A stretch of 41,030 nucleotides of DNA from a virus (Duplodnaviria > Caudoviricetes), in IMG/VR virus record IMGVR_UViG_3300021425_000072, positions 1-41,030 of that record; one strand, 5' to 3'. Position numbers and translations under genes: made by a program. This document shows, one piece after another, positions 32,938 to 41,030 of this stretch. The notes beneath the pieces were generated by a model that worked only from the letters and a program-made list of their open reading frames with translations, had not been told where the DNA came from and did no database searches. Numbering within the stretch: the first letter of the stretch is position 1; every line of letters starts with the position of its first letter.

Positions 32938-34150
32938 TTCGTTTAAAAATTATCTTGTAGAAGAAGAGAAGACCGTTTATTTTACCTTTGGTAGAATGAA
33001 TCCTCCTACTATTGGTCATGAAAAACTGCTTGATGCAATATCAAAAGCAGCAGGGTCTAACCCATATAAAATTTATTTATCTCAGTCTCAAGATGCAGAT
33101 AAGAATCCTTTGGCGTACAAAGAAAAAGTAAAGATTGCTCGGAAGATGTTTCCTCGGCATGCTCGTAATATATTGGTTGATAGAGGTGCAAAAAATCTTC
33201 TAGAAGTTGCTAGTAAACTATATGAAAGTGGTTTCAAAAACATTGTAGGTGTAGTTGGTTCTGATAGAATTCGTGAGTTTGATACAAGAATCAAAAAATA
33301 TAATGGTGTTAAAGGTAGACACGGTTTCTACAACTTTGAAAAAATTACTATTATATCTGCTGGAGATCGTGATCCTGATGCAGATGGCGCAGCAGGTATG
33401 AGTGCAAGTAAGATGCGTGCTGCTGCAAAAGATAATGACTTTTCTACTTTCTCTCAGGGTTTACCGAAAGCAGTCAAGAATGCTGATGCTAAGAAAATTT
33501 ATAATTCAGTTCGTTCAGGCATGGGTCTCAGCGAACAAACGAATTTTAAAAATAGAATTCAATTAGAACCTGTTTCTGATATTCGCGAATCATATATGGA
33601 TGGTAAATTATTTGATATAGGTGACGAAGTTGTGATTAAAGGTCAAGGAATAGTTGCTGAAATTAAACACCTTGGTGCAAACTATGTTATAGTGGAGTCA
33701 AAGGGTGAGGTTTATAGAAAATGGTTGACTGATGTTGAAAAGGTTAATCCAAATGATGAAATTGAATATGAAGTGCATGATTTTGTTAAACTGAGTGAAG
33801 GTAGGGAAGACCCAGACATCGGTGATAAAAAAGGTTCACAACCTGCGCAGTACCATAAGGGATTAAAAAAATCTACGAAGCAAAGAAGAGATGCTCAGTT
33901 TAAAAAGCAAGCAAAAATGGATGATGATGATCCTGCTGCATATAAACCTGCTCCTGGTGATGCTACAGCGAAAACAAAACCAAGTAAACATACTAAAAAA
34001 TTCAAACAGATGTTTGGTGAACAAGATAGAGTTGATATGGCAAAAAAACGTATTGCACGTCAAAAGGCAGCAGCAGATAAACGCCATGATAGAATGTTAG
34101 ATCGTGCACGCCTGCGCGATGTTCAAAAGAAAAACAGGGAAACGTCATGA
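32927..34150 (+). CDS. Cytidylyltransferase/NMNAT-like HxGH nucleotidyltransferase with charged C-terminal extension
   Basis: FTFGRMNPPTIGHEKL, KNPL, VVGSDR, GMSASKMR; probable GTG start at 32927. Confidence 0.85.
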   Translation: MAINSFKNYLVEEEKTVYFTFGRMNPPTIGHEKLLDAISKAAGSNPYKIYLSQSQDADKNPLAYKEKVKIARKMFPRHARNILVDRGAKNLLEVASKLYESGFKNIVGVVGSDRIREFDTRIKKYNGVKGRHGFYNFEKITIISAGDRDPDADGAAGMSASKMRAAAKDNDFSTFSQGLPKAVKNADAKKIYNSVRSGMGLSEQTNFKNRIQLEPVSDIRESYMDGKLFDIGDEVVIKGQGIVAEIKHLGANYVIVESKGEVYRKWLTDVEKVNPNDEIEYEVHDFVKLSEGREDPDIGDKKGSQPAQYHKGLKKSTKQRRDAQFKKQAKMDDDDPAAYKPAPGDATAKTKPSKHTKKFKQMFGEQDRVDMAKKRIARQKAAADKRHDRMLDRARLRDVQKKNRETS

Positions 34151-34392
34151 TTAAATTCAGTCAGTTTAACGAAAACACTGAAGGATTAAAGAAGAAGGCA
34201 GAAAAGTCAGGTATGCCTCTCGGCATCTTGAAAAAGGTTTATAATCGCGGCATGGCGGCATGGAAAACTGGTCATCGTCCAGGAACTACACCACAGCAGT
34301 GGGGAATGGCGCGTGTTAATTCATTCGTAACTAAGTCCTCAGGCACTTGGGGTAAAGCAGACAAAGATTTAGCAGCAAAGGTAAGAGGATAA
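34147..34392 (+). CDS. Conserved small basic protein
   Basis: LKKVYNRGMAAW.TGHRPG.TPQQW..ARVNSF motif. Confidence 0.75.
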   Translation: MIKFSQFNENTEGLKKKAEKSGMPLGILKKVYNRGMAAWKTGHRPGTTPQQWGMARVNSFVTKSSGTWGKADKDLAAKVRG

Positions 34393-34393
34393 A

Positions 34394-35485
34394 ATGAAAT
34401 ATAGTCCTAAAGATATTAAAATGGCGATCGGTGTAGCATCAGATAAAAGATATGCTGGTGGCAATATGACTGGCGCAGTCAAAGCAATCGAAAAAATCAA
34501 AAAGGGATTGTCATCACATCCACAAGTTGCTGCAGTTCTTAAACGTCAAAACGAGCAAAAAATGAAAACCTTTGATGAACTAAGATCAGAACTTGCTGAA
34601 GGTAAAGCAGCAAACCCTGCACAACAAGCGGCAATCGCTATCGCTAAAAAGGAAAAAGAAAAATCTGTTAAAGAAAGAACAGAAGCAGATTGCGAAGGCA
34701 TGGTCTGTAAAAATTGTGGTGATAAGTTTGGTATGCCAACTGAAGGGAAGTGCATGTACGACTCAAAAGATCCAAATGGTGAGAATTGGATGCAAAAAGT
34801 CGATGAAGCAAATGAACTTGACGAGGCACAAAAACTTTTCATGTTCACAACGAAAGCAGAAGCACAAAAGAAAGCAAAAGAAATTGGCGGTAAAGTATTA
34901 GAATTAAAACGAGCAATGGATGGCAACATGTTTGCTGCTATTCATAAAGATCTAACTAAAAAGGCATTTAAAGAAGGCATTATTGGTAATCTAGTTAAAA
35001 AGACTGCCAAAGCAGCAGGTGGTGCGGTTGTTAATAGACTAACAACCAGTGGTCGTGCTAAAATTGCTCAAAAGAAAATTGATAAACATAAAACTAAACA
35101 AGACCAAAAAGATAAAATTTCACAAGCTAAAGCTGCTGGTAAATCTGCATTTGGATTTACTCAAAAACAACGAGCAGCAAATGCTACAAAGAAATTAGAT
35201 AAAATTGCTAAGAAAAAATCGGATCAGGAAACTATTCAAAGAGCAAAAGATTTGAAGAAAAAACCTCCTGTAACTGCTGAAGGTAAGAAAATGGATTCCG
35301 CAGCAATGAAACGTGCTATGGATGCTTTCAAAAAGCGTGGTGGTAAAATTAAGAAAGTTGCTCCTGGTAAGGCAGCAGGATATCATGGTAAAGATGATCC
35401 TGGTGCAGATGTACAAGGTATGATGGATCGTGGTGATACTAAGGGGTTCAATCGTAAGAAAAAAGTAAAGAGCATGGGTAAATGA
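34394..35485 (+). CDS. Lys/Ala-rich putative internal head protein
   Basis: Low complexity, many hydrophobic-x-E sites, internal MKTFDELRSELAE. Confidence 0.65.
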   Translation: MKYSPKDIKMAIGVASDKRYAGGNMTGAVKAIEKIKKGLSSHPQVAAVLKRQNEQKMKTFDELRSELAEGKAANPAQQAAIAIAKKEKEKSVKERTEADCEGMVCKNCGDKFGMPTEGKCMYDSKDPNGENWMQKVDEANELDEAQKLFMFTTKAEAQKKAKEIGGKVLELKRAMDGNMFAAIHKDLTKKAFKEGIIGNLVKKTAKAAGGAVVNRLTTSGRAKIAQKKIDKHKTKQDQKDKISQAKAAGKSAFGFTQKQRAANATKKLDKIAKKKSDQETIQRAKDLKKKPPVTAEGKKMDSAAMKRAMDAFKKRGGKIKKVAPGKAAGYHGKDDPGADVQGMMDRGDTKGFNRKKKVKSMGK

Positions 35486-35700
35486 AAACTTTCAAGGGGT
35501 TTTATGAAGCAATGAAGTTTGAAGTAGACATCGAAGGTTTACCGAAGGTCTATATGGATGGCAACTCTCCGTCTCAAGTAAAGGCACATCTTCGTAAACT
35601 CGTCAAACAACCTTCTATGATAAAGTCAGTAAGTCGAATGACAGATCATGACGTTAAAAAAACCTATAGAGATAAAGCACAGGGCAAAGAAGAATCATGA
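35482..35700 (+). CDS. Hypothetical protein
   Basis: N-terminus MKTFKGFYE. Confidence 0.7.
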   Translation: MKTFKGFYEAMKFEVDIEGLPKVYMDGNSPSQVKAHLRKLVKQPSMIKSVSRMTDHDVKKTYRDKAQGKEES

Positions 35701-36065
35701 AAAGGTTCAAAGAATATACTCTTGACTATGGTTCTGATGCTTCTGTAAAGAAAATGAAACAGATAACTCCTGGACAGAATGAAGAAAAAGATCCTCGTTT
35801 AAAAAAAGCAGGAGTGTCAGGTTTTAATAAAGCGAAGAGAACACCTGATCATCCAAAAAAGAGTCATATTGTTGTTGCTAAAGATGGTGACAAAATTAAG
35901 ACTATTCGTTTTGGTGAGCAAGGTGCTTCTACAGCAGGTGATCCTAAAAAGGGTGAGTCTGATAAGATGAAAAAGAAACGTGCATCATTCAAAGCACGTC
36001 ACGCAAAGAACATTAAAAAAGGTAAAATGTCCGCAGCATATTGGGCAGATAAAGAAAAGTGGTAG
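35697..36065 (+). CDS. Conserved basic hypothetical protein
   Basis: KSHIVVAK.G..IRFG...R.SFKARH...SAAYWA...W. Confidence 0.75.
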   Translation: MKRFKEYTLDYGSDASVKKMKQITPGQNEEKDPRLKKAGVSGFNKAKRTPDHPKKSHIVVAKDGDKIKTIRFGEQGASTAGDPKKGESDKMKKKRASFKARHAKNIKKGKMSAAYWADKEKW

Positions 36066-36070
36066 AATAA

Positions 36071-36529
36071 ATGGCTGCTAAGTTAAATGAAAACACCGAA
36101 GTAGCATTGCCGCTACGCAATATCATCAGTATGATTGCTGGCGCATCGCTTGCGACATGGGCATACTTTGGTATCGTAGAAAGATTAAACACACTCGAGA
36201 CAAACATCACTATGATGAAGTCTGATCTCGAAATGAATACAGAGTTTCGCATTAAATGGCCGCGAGGAGAAATGGGTTCACTACCTGCGGACAGTGAGCA
36301 GTTTATGTTGATTGAACACGTTGCAACCGAACTGGAAAAATTAACAGACGAAATAGAGGGTGGTCAAGCACCATTCGATCAACAACAAAAACTGCAGATC
36401 GAGTTTATGTTACAAAGAATTGAGCAGTTGGAAGCGACACACGAAAAGACCAGAAACGACATTATGGATCTGATTCATTCAAATAGTCAAATTTCATTGC
36501 CATCTGCAAATAAACATGAAGGACACTAG
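36071..36529 (+). CDS. Membrane-anchored coiled-coil protein
   Basis: N-terminal TM segment, heptad-rich remainder. Confidence 0.75.
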   Translation: MAAKLNENTEVALPLRNIISMIAGASLATWAYFGIVERLNTLETNITMMKSDLEMNTEFRIKWPRGEMGSLPADSEQFMLIEHVATELEKLTDEIEGGQAPFDQQQKLQIEFMLQRIEQLEATHEKTRNDIMDLIHSNSQISLPSANKHEGH

Positions 36530-36531
36530 AT

Positions 36532-36789
36532 ATGATTGTAGGGGAGTTTATCATATTATTAATGTTTTTTGGCGATCCGATTGGACTCAAAGAATATACT
36601 GTAAGGGATAGTTTGGGCGAGTGTATGAAAGCCAAAAGAACTATCGAAAGAAACATTCGTGGTGGTAAATCAAAAGAGCATAAGAGTACTTTGATATTAT
36701 CATGTCGTAAAATGGAAGTGGTAGTGGATGCAGATTATAGAATACTTGAATTCGTCAACACAGAAACCAATAAGATCAGGGTAAGGTAA
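36532..36789 (+). CDS. Hypothetical protein with two Cys
   Basis: 85 aa, hydrophobic N-terminus. Confidence 0.7.
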   Translation: MIVGEFIILLMFFGDPIGLKEYTVRDSLGECMKAKRTIERNIRGGKSKEHKSTLILSCRKMEVVVDADYRILEFVNTETNKIRVR

Positions 36790-37067
36790 TGGCTGATTTA
36801 ACCGCAGCACGGTTGGATAGAATCGAGGAAAAACTCGACAGATTAACTGATGCCATGGTTTCTATGGCAAGAGCAGAAGAAAAGATTAATGCCTTGAACG
36901 ATGATCACAATAGAATGTATGAACGACTAAATCGCTTGTCAATGAAATTAGATGATATAGAGAAAAAAGTTGATGATAATGCACGTACAGTGAATCTTAT
37001 AAATAAAATAGTATATGCGGCTGTAGTCGCAGCCGTTGGGACGTATGTTGCCCATATGTGGATGTAA
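36789..37067 (+). CDS. Coiled-coil protein with C-terminal TM helix
   Basis: RLDRIEEKLD.L heptads followed by a hydrophobic C-terminus. Confidence 0.75.
   Translation: MADLTAARLDRIEEKLDRLTDAMVSMARAEEKINALNDDHNRMYERLNRLSMKLDDIEKKVDDNARTVNLINKIVYAAVVAAVGTYVAHMWM
36998..37005 (+). promoter_or_regulatory. T4-type late promoter
   Basis: TATAAATA ~75 nt upstream of ORF 37080. Confidence 0.65.
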
Positions 37068-37079
37068 TAGGAGAATAAA

Positions 37080-38102
37080 ATGTCCAAACAATTAGTTGAA
37101 GCTATGGGTCGAGCATATCAAGAGATCCAAGAAGCAAAAGAAAAACAAAAAGAAAATAACTATATCTATGCTGCTAAGATGGCAAAGAAAAATGGTGACA
37201 AAACCTTTACTATCGGCGGTAAAGAATATGATGTCGATGAAGCATTGCAAAAAGAAGATAACACCAACGATAAGTCAGACGATGGTGACGGTCTTGATAA
37301 GGTGCAACCGAAAGCAGTAAAGAAAAAGTTCAAGAATCGTAAAGACAAAGACATCGATAATGATGGCGATGTTGATTCATCTGATGAATATTTACATAAG
37401 CGTCGTAAAGCAGTTTCTAAATCTCTCGATGAAGATGATGAAGAAGAAAACGGCAACGACGACGATAACGGTAACGATGACAACGGTGATGAAGAAGATA
37501 AAAAGAAAAAGAAAAAGAAGAACGGTGATTCAGACGGTGAAAAAGACGAAGTTGAAATGAATCCTAAAATGGAAGCAAAAGCATCTGACTATAAAGAAGT
37601 TGCTGTGATGAAGGGTAAAGGTGGAGCTCAGGTTAAAGTCGTAAAGGATAAGCAGGGCAATCACGTTGCTTTATTCTCAGGCAAAGGTTCTACTCAAGTT
37701 CCTATCAAGAAAATGGATAAGAAAGTCCTACAAAAGGCACTTGACAGTTTTTCTAAAAATGGTTTGCTTGGTAGCACTCTTTCTTCTATTGAAGAAAAAG
37801 CATCAATCCGCATGAGACTGACTTCATTCCTGAATGAAAAAAACAACCCTAATGCAGCAAAGGCAGAAAAACCTGAAGATGCTTTATCAGGCAAGGGTGC
37901 TAAGGATATGATGGCACCTGCTAAGAATCCTGAAGTAGATGATACCGAAGAAAAGGGTCATGACGATGCATCAAAGGCAGGAAAAGTAACTAAAGCGGCA
38001 GGTGGTCGTAGTAGTGGCGATGCTGTACGTTCTGGTGATCAAGGTGTTCGCAACCCTATCAAAAAGACTATGGAAGCATACGAAAATATGAAAGGCAAAT
38101 AA
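37080..38102 (+). CDS. Highly charged low-complexity late protein with EF-hand-like loop
   Basis: DIDNDGDVDSSDEYL, D/N/E tract followed by a poly-K tract; late promoter at 36998. Confidence 0.8.
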   Translation: MSKQLVEAMGRAYQEIQEAKEKQKENNYIYAAKMAKKNGDKTFTIGGKEYDVDEALQKEDNTNDKSDDGDGLDKVQPKAVKKKFKNRKDKDIDNDGDVDSSDEYLHKRRKAVSKSLDEDDEEENGNDDDNGNDDNGDEEDKKKKKKKNGDSDGEKDEVEMNPKMEAKASDYKEVAVMKGKGGAQVKVVKDKQGNHVALFSGKGSTQVPIKKMDKKVLQKALDSFSKNGLLGSTLSSIEEKASIRMRLTSFLNEKNNPNAAKAEKPEDALSGKGAKDMMAPAKNPEVDDTEEKGHDDASKAGKVTKAAGGRSSGDAVRSGDQGVRNPIKKTMEAYENMKGK

Positions 38103-38103
38103 T

Positions 38104-38496
38104 ATGGCAATCAGTCCTCCAAATTATCAAAAGGATGCTATCCCCACCCCTCGTGGGTGGACGCACCCTCGTACTGGTGAGTTGTTAAAGGCACAAAAAC
38201 TATCTGAACAACAGATTGGTGAGTATCTCGGTGAAGTTATCACATCTGCTCCACCAGAACCAATTGAAATAACAATCAATCCTGTTTCATTGACTGAATC
38301 TCCTACAACAGAAGAAGAGTTTATAGATGAAGTGATGATCGAACTGGATGAGGATGAATACTGGACAGAAGATGATCTAGACGGTATGAATAAAGAAGAA
38401 CTTGAAGAACTTGGTCGTGAATATAATATTGAATTAGATCGTCGTAAAACTAAATCAGTATTGGTCAAGGAATTGAAAGAAGTGATGTTTGAATAG
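38104..38496 (+). CDS. Acidic protein with C-terminal Rho-N/HeH-like helix-extension-helix
   Basis: MNKEELEELGREYNIELDRRKTKSVLVKEL. Confidence 0.7.
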   Translation: MAISPPNYQKDAIPTPRGWTHPRTGELLKAQKLSEQQIGEYLGEVITSAPPEPIEITINPVSLTESPTTEEEFIDEVMIELDEDEYWTEDDLDGMNKEELEELGREYNIELDRRKTKSVLVKELKEVMFE

Positions 38497-38511
38497 TTTA
38501 TACATATCATT

Positions 38512-38868
38512 ATGGAACTAAATGAAAAGAATATTTTGCTATATGCCTCACGACACTACTATAATCCAACCTTTTCGGATATAGAAGAATTTCACGAGGA
38601 TTTGAAAAGATTTAAATATATCAAGCGTTTGGTGAATAGGTATATCGAAAATGATAAACTTTCCGAACGCTTGATTTTAAATCATCTTATTGTTATATTT
38701 AATGTGTTTGGTGCAGAAGCAGCATTAAATATGTTACAAGTAAAATTAGATAAAGAGCATTGGTCAACGATAAAACCATTTTTAGTCTTTTTAAAATATA
38801 TAAGAAATGATCAGTTGACAGGGATCGAAATGGACCAAAAAGTCGTAGAGGTGTTAAGGAAAATATAA
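38512..38868 (+). CDS. Conserved T4-like hypothetical protein
   Basis: YA..HY.NP...EF.EDLKRFKYIKRL...RLILNH.I...NVFG. Confidence 0.8.
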   Translation: MELNEKNILLYASRHYYNPTFSDIEEFHEDLKRFKYIKRLVNRYIENDKLSERLILNHLIVIFNVFGAEAALNMLQVKLDKEHWSTIKPFLVFLKYIRNDQLTGIEMDQKVVEVLRKI

Positions 38869-39455
38869 TGGGAATATTAAAAAGAGCGGCAGATCTTGCA
38901 TACACCTTCCGATTTATTCGAATGTTGGTAATGAAGTGGGAAAGTTGGGACGCATACAAACTCGGTATTATTGATGAAAACGGTAAAAGAGACAAGACTG
39001 TAAAACTTGACGATGATGAAAAAAAATCTGCATATACTCCTTTTATTCGCCTCGCTGCTAACATTAAGCGGTTGTTACAAAAAGTTCCTGGAGGCGGGTC
39101 TAAGTTGGGAAGTTTCGCTGCCGCTCTATTCCTCATAAAAGAAAAATATGGGATGAATGATGAAAACCTTTCGCAGATATGTGAAAAGTTTGATGTTGAT
39201 GTTTTAGATATTTTGAATGAAAGTAACGAGTGGTTCGTTTTAAATGATAAGCAACTATCTCCTGGAGTATATTCTATTCGTGAAAATAAAATATTAAATT
39301 CGTCCTATGAAGAATTATGTTATGCAAAAGATAAAATCAAGGTAAGGGAAGATTCGTATCCTGTTGGTGATGTATTTGGTTTGGACATTTACGAAGGCAC
39401 TCATATAAAAACTAATCAAAAAATCTATTTCACAATCAGCGAGATTTACAAATGA
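38868..39455 (+). CDS. Conserved T4-like hypothetical protein
   Basis: D..YTFRF...L...W...AYKLGIIDENG...AYT.F.RL. Confidence 0.8.
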   Translation: MGILKRAADLAYTFRFIRMLVMKWESWDAYKLGIIDENGKRDKTVKLDDDEKKSAYTPFIRLAANIKRLLQKVPGGGSKLGSFAAALFLIKEKYGMNDENLSQICEKFDVDVLDILNESNEWFVLNDKQLSPGVYSIRENKILNSSYEELCYAKDKIKVREDSYPVGDVFGLDIYEGTHIKTNQKIYFTISEIYK

Positions 39456-39724
39456 AAAAGTTTAAACCGCATATGATGTACGATCCAAAAACAGGTAAAG
39501 GTTACAAAGCAGAAAAACCTGAAGATCATGTACGTATGGACAAGATGGGTTATACGCATGATAAACCTAAAGAAGCAAAAGAAGATACAACAACTGCTTC
39601 TATACCCAATCCTGCTCAAACTTCCATGGGACCATCTAAGTTCTTAGATCGAAGGTCTAAAAAGAAATTAAAACCTTTGAAAGCATTTAGAGATTACTAT
39701 GCAGAAAAAGGTATTGGACAATGA
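39452..39724 (+). CDS. Hypothetical basic protein
   Basis: 90 aa, ATGA overlaps at both ends. Confidence 0.7.
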   Translation: MKKFKPHMMYDPKTGKGYKAEKPEDHVRMDKMGYTHDKPKEAKEDTTTASIPNPAQTSMGPSKFLDRRSKKKLKPLKAFRDYYAEKGIGQ

Positions 39725-41030
39725 CCAGAAACAGAGACATAGCAAGAATGCTTGGGGCAACAGAATCAAAAAATGTTGGTAATGAGTCTTTGTTATTTGG
39801 GTCACCAGCATTAGATTCTGCGCAGGTCACAACAATTGCATCTGCTTCTGGAATGACCGTTTACAGTACTCTTGATTCTCTTCCCACATCTAGTTTGTCT
39901 GTTGGTGATCAAGCATACGTTTCTGGCAATCAAAGGATGTATATTTCCAATGGTTCTGGTTGGTATAATGTTGCACTCATTAATGCAACTCCGTCGTTAA
40001 CTCTCAGTCCTTCAGGAACTATTGCATTATCTGCTGAAGGTGTAGCACAGACAGTTACCGTTACTGCCGTTGATTCTGATAATGCTGATGCATCCCTTGT
40101 ACTAAGTGTAGAATCTGGTGGTGACTTCTTTAAACTTGCAACAGTGAGTCAAGATTCATCTGTATTCACTATTACACCAAGGTCTGAGGATTCAGCAACA
40201 GCACTAGGATTTGATGGTAGTGCTACACTTACATTCAAGGCATCAGACGGAATAGCATTTGGCACTGGCACAAATACTTTCACTCTAGCATTTTCTTCAA
40301 TCGTTGATAGTTCTTCTGATACTATGATTGGTGTAAAGGCAACAGGAAATACTCTTGCTAATACTAATAGAATAACATATCTCAATGCTTCTCAGACAGA
40401 AACAGCAGTAACAGAAACTGGTACAATAGACGCTGGTTCATTCTCACCTTATAAAGATGAATCCAAGGGATATTGTATCTCAACCACTACAAATGATTAT
40501 GCTATTGATACAGAGGCATCATTTGCATTTACTGGTGACTTTACATACGAAACGTGGATTAGAACAACTCAAACTACTGAAGGAATCTTCTTTTGTAACT
40601 ATCCAACTGGTAATTCAGCATTCAATGCGTTTAAATATGTTAGCGGTAGAATAAACATTGCATTTACATCAGGTAGTGTGGATGTTGCACAAACCACCGG
40701 ACAAGTAATTAATGATGGCGAATGGCATTGGGTTGTTATTGACAGATATAACAACAATGTTAAAATCTATGTTGATGGGGTAGATGTTAAATCACAATCA
40801 TTTTCTGAAAACTCAACAGATCTTGGTACATGGGTTATTGGTCAACACGGTAACTATACTTCAGGATATTTCCAAGCATTTGCTGACTATTTTGGAATGA
40901 GAGCGGTAACAGGGGCAAGTGTATATTCTAATGCTGCCTCACTTACAATGCCGACAGAGGCACCAGGAATACACAGTTCTGGTACTACTCAAGTTCTTAT
41001 GGGAACTGGTCAACCTTATATTGATAACTT
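39721..41030 (+). CDS. Virion/tail-fibre-like protein with LamG (concanavalin A-like) domain, 3' truncated
   Basis: Open from ATG 39721 to the window end; S/T/G-rich; GDQAYV..MYI.NGSGW, then GDFTYETWIR, NDGEWHWV, IYVDG. Confidence 0.8.
   Translation, partial: MTRNRDIARMLGATESKNVGNESLLFGSPALDSAQVTTIASASGMTVYSTLDSLPTSSLSVGDQAYVSGNQRMYISNGSGWYNVALINATPSLTLSPSGTIALSAEGVAQTVTVTAVDSDNADASLVLSVESGGDFFKLATVSQDSSVFTITPRSEDSATALGFDGSATLTFKASDGIAFGTGTNTFTLAFSSIVDSSSDTMIGVKATGNTLANTNRITYLNASQTETAVTETGTIDAGSFSPYKDESKGYCISTTTNDYAIDTEASFAFTGDFTYETWIRTTQTTEGIFFCNYPTGNSAFNAFKYVSGRINIAFTSGSVDVAQTTGQVINDGEWHWVVIDRYNNNVKIYVDGVDVKSQSFSENSTDLGTWVIGQHGNYTSGYFQAFADYFGMRAVTGASVYSNAASLTMPTEAPGIHSSGTTQVLMGTGQPYIDN

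Noticed and set aside
36071-37067. Three membrane-associated ORFs as a holin/spanin cassette
   Set aside because: No lipobox or adjacent endolysin seen; topology alone is insufficient to assign lysis function.
37428-37522. Short GAT/GAC/AAC and AAG repeats as a tandem-repeat or CRISPR-like element
   Set aside because: Explained by low-complexity D/N/E/K codons inside a CDS. No regularly spaced repeat-spacer array was seen anywhere in the window.
38499-38506. TATACATA upstream of ORF 38512 as a late promoter
   Set aside because: One mismatch to TATAAATA in an AT-rich gap; plausible but not supportable from sequence alone.
145-40654. Many short antisense and alternate-frame ORFs in the supplied track (e.g. 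1574-1879, 27036-27413, 30361-30798, 34546-34929, 38699-39136, 40149-40385)
   Set aside because: They lie within well-supported genes and lack RBSs or recognisable motifs; treated as shadow ORFs.

Overview
AT-rich segment of a T4-like (myovirus) phage genome, probably marine and infecting an alphaproteobacterium. The host is inferred from an alpha-type permuted tmRNA, a BMP-family binding protein and a SleB-type hydrolase. From left to right: (1) a replication core (gp43 polymerase, UvsX, gp40, gp41, ThyX). The gp43-uvsX interval, where T4 keeps gp42 and beta-gt, instead holds Dam, a primase-like protein and a candidate post-replicative DNA hypermodification cluster: TET/JBP dioxygenase, nucleotidyltransferase-kinase fusion, HAD phosphatase, GT-A glycosyltransferase and cytidylyltransferase. 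The oxygenase and glycosyltransferase end in the same L(D/E)(D/E)FF clamp-binding-like tail as the polymerase. (2) A BMP-family substrate-binding protein and a two-piece permuted tmRNA whose intervening segment carries a 59-codon basic ORF. (3) A ~7.6 kb island with eight Fe(II)/2OG-type oxygenases, two membrane desaturases, a GNAT-like protein and a short SDR-like protein. (4) An early region of small ORFs with DUF932 and a half-size Na/Pi cotransporter. (5) A late region of putative capsid-packaged proteins with T4 internal-protein-like N-termini, ending in a truncated LamG-domain virion/tail protein. Ten near-identical early promoters (TTTAC[T/A]-N17-TATAAT), several TATAAATA late promoters and a UUCG terminator are visible. 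All protein family calls come from motif recognition by eye; no database search was run.
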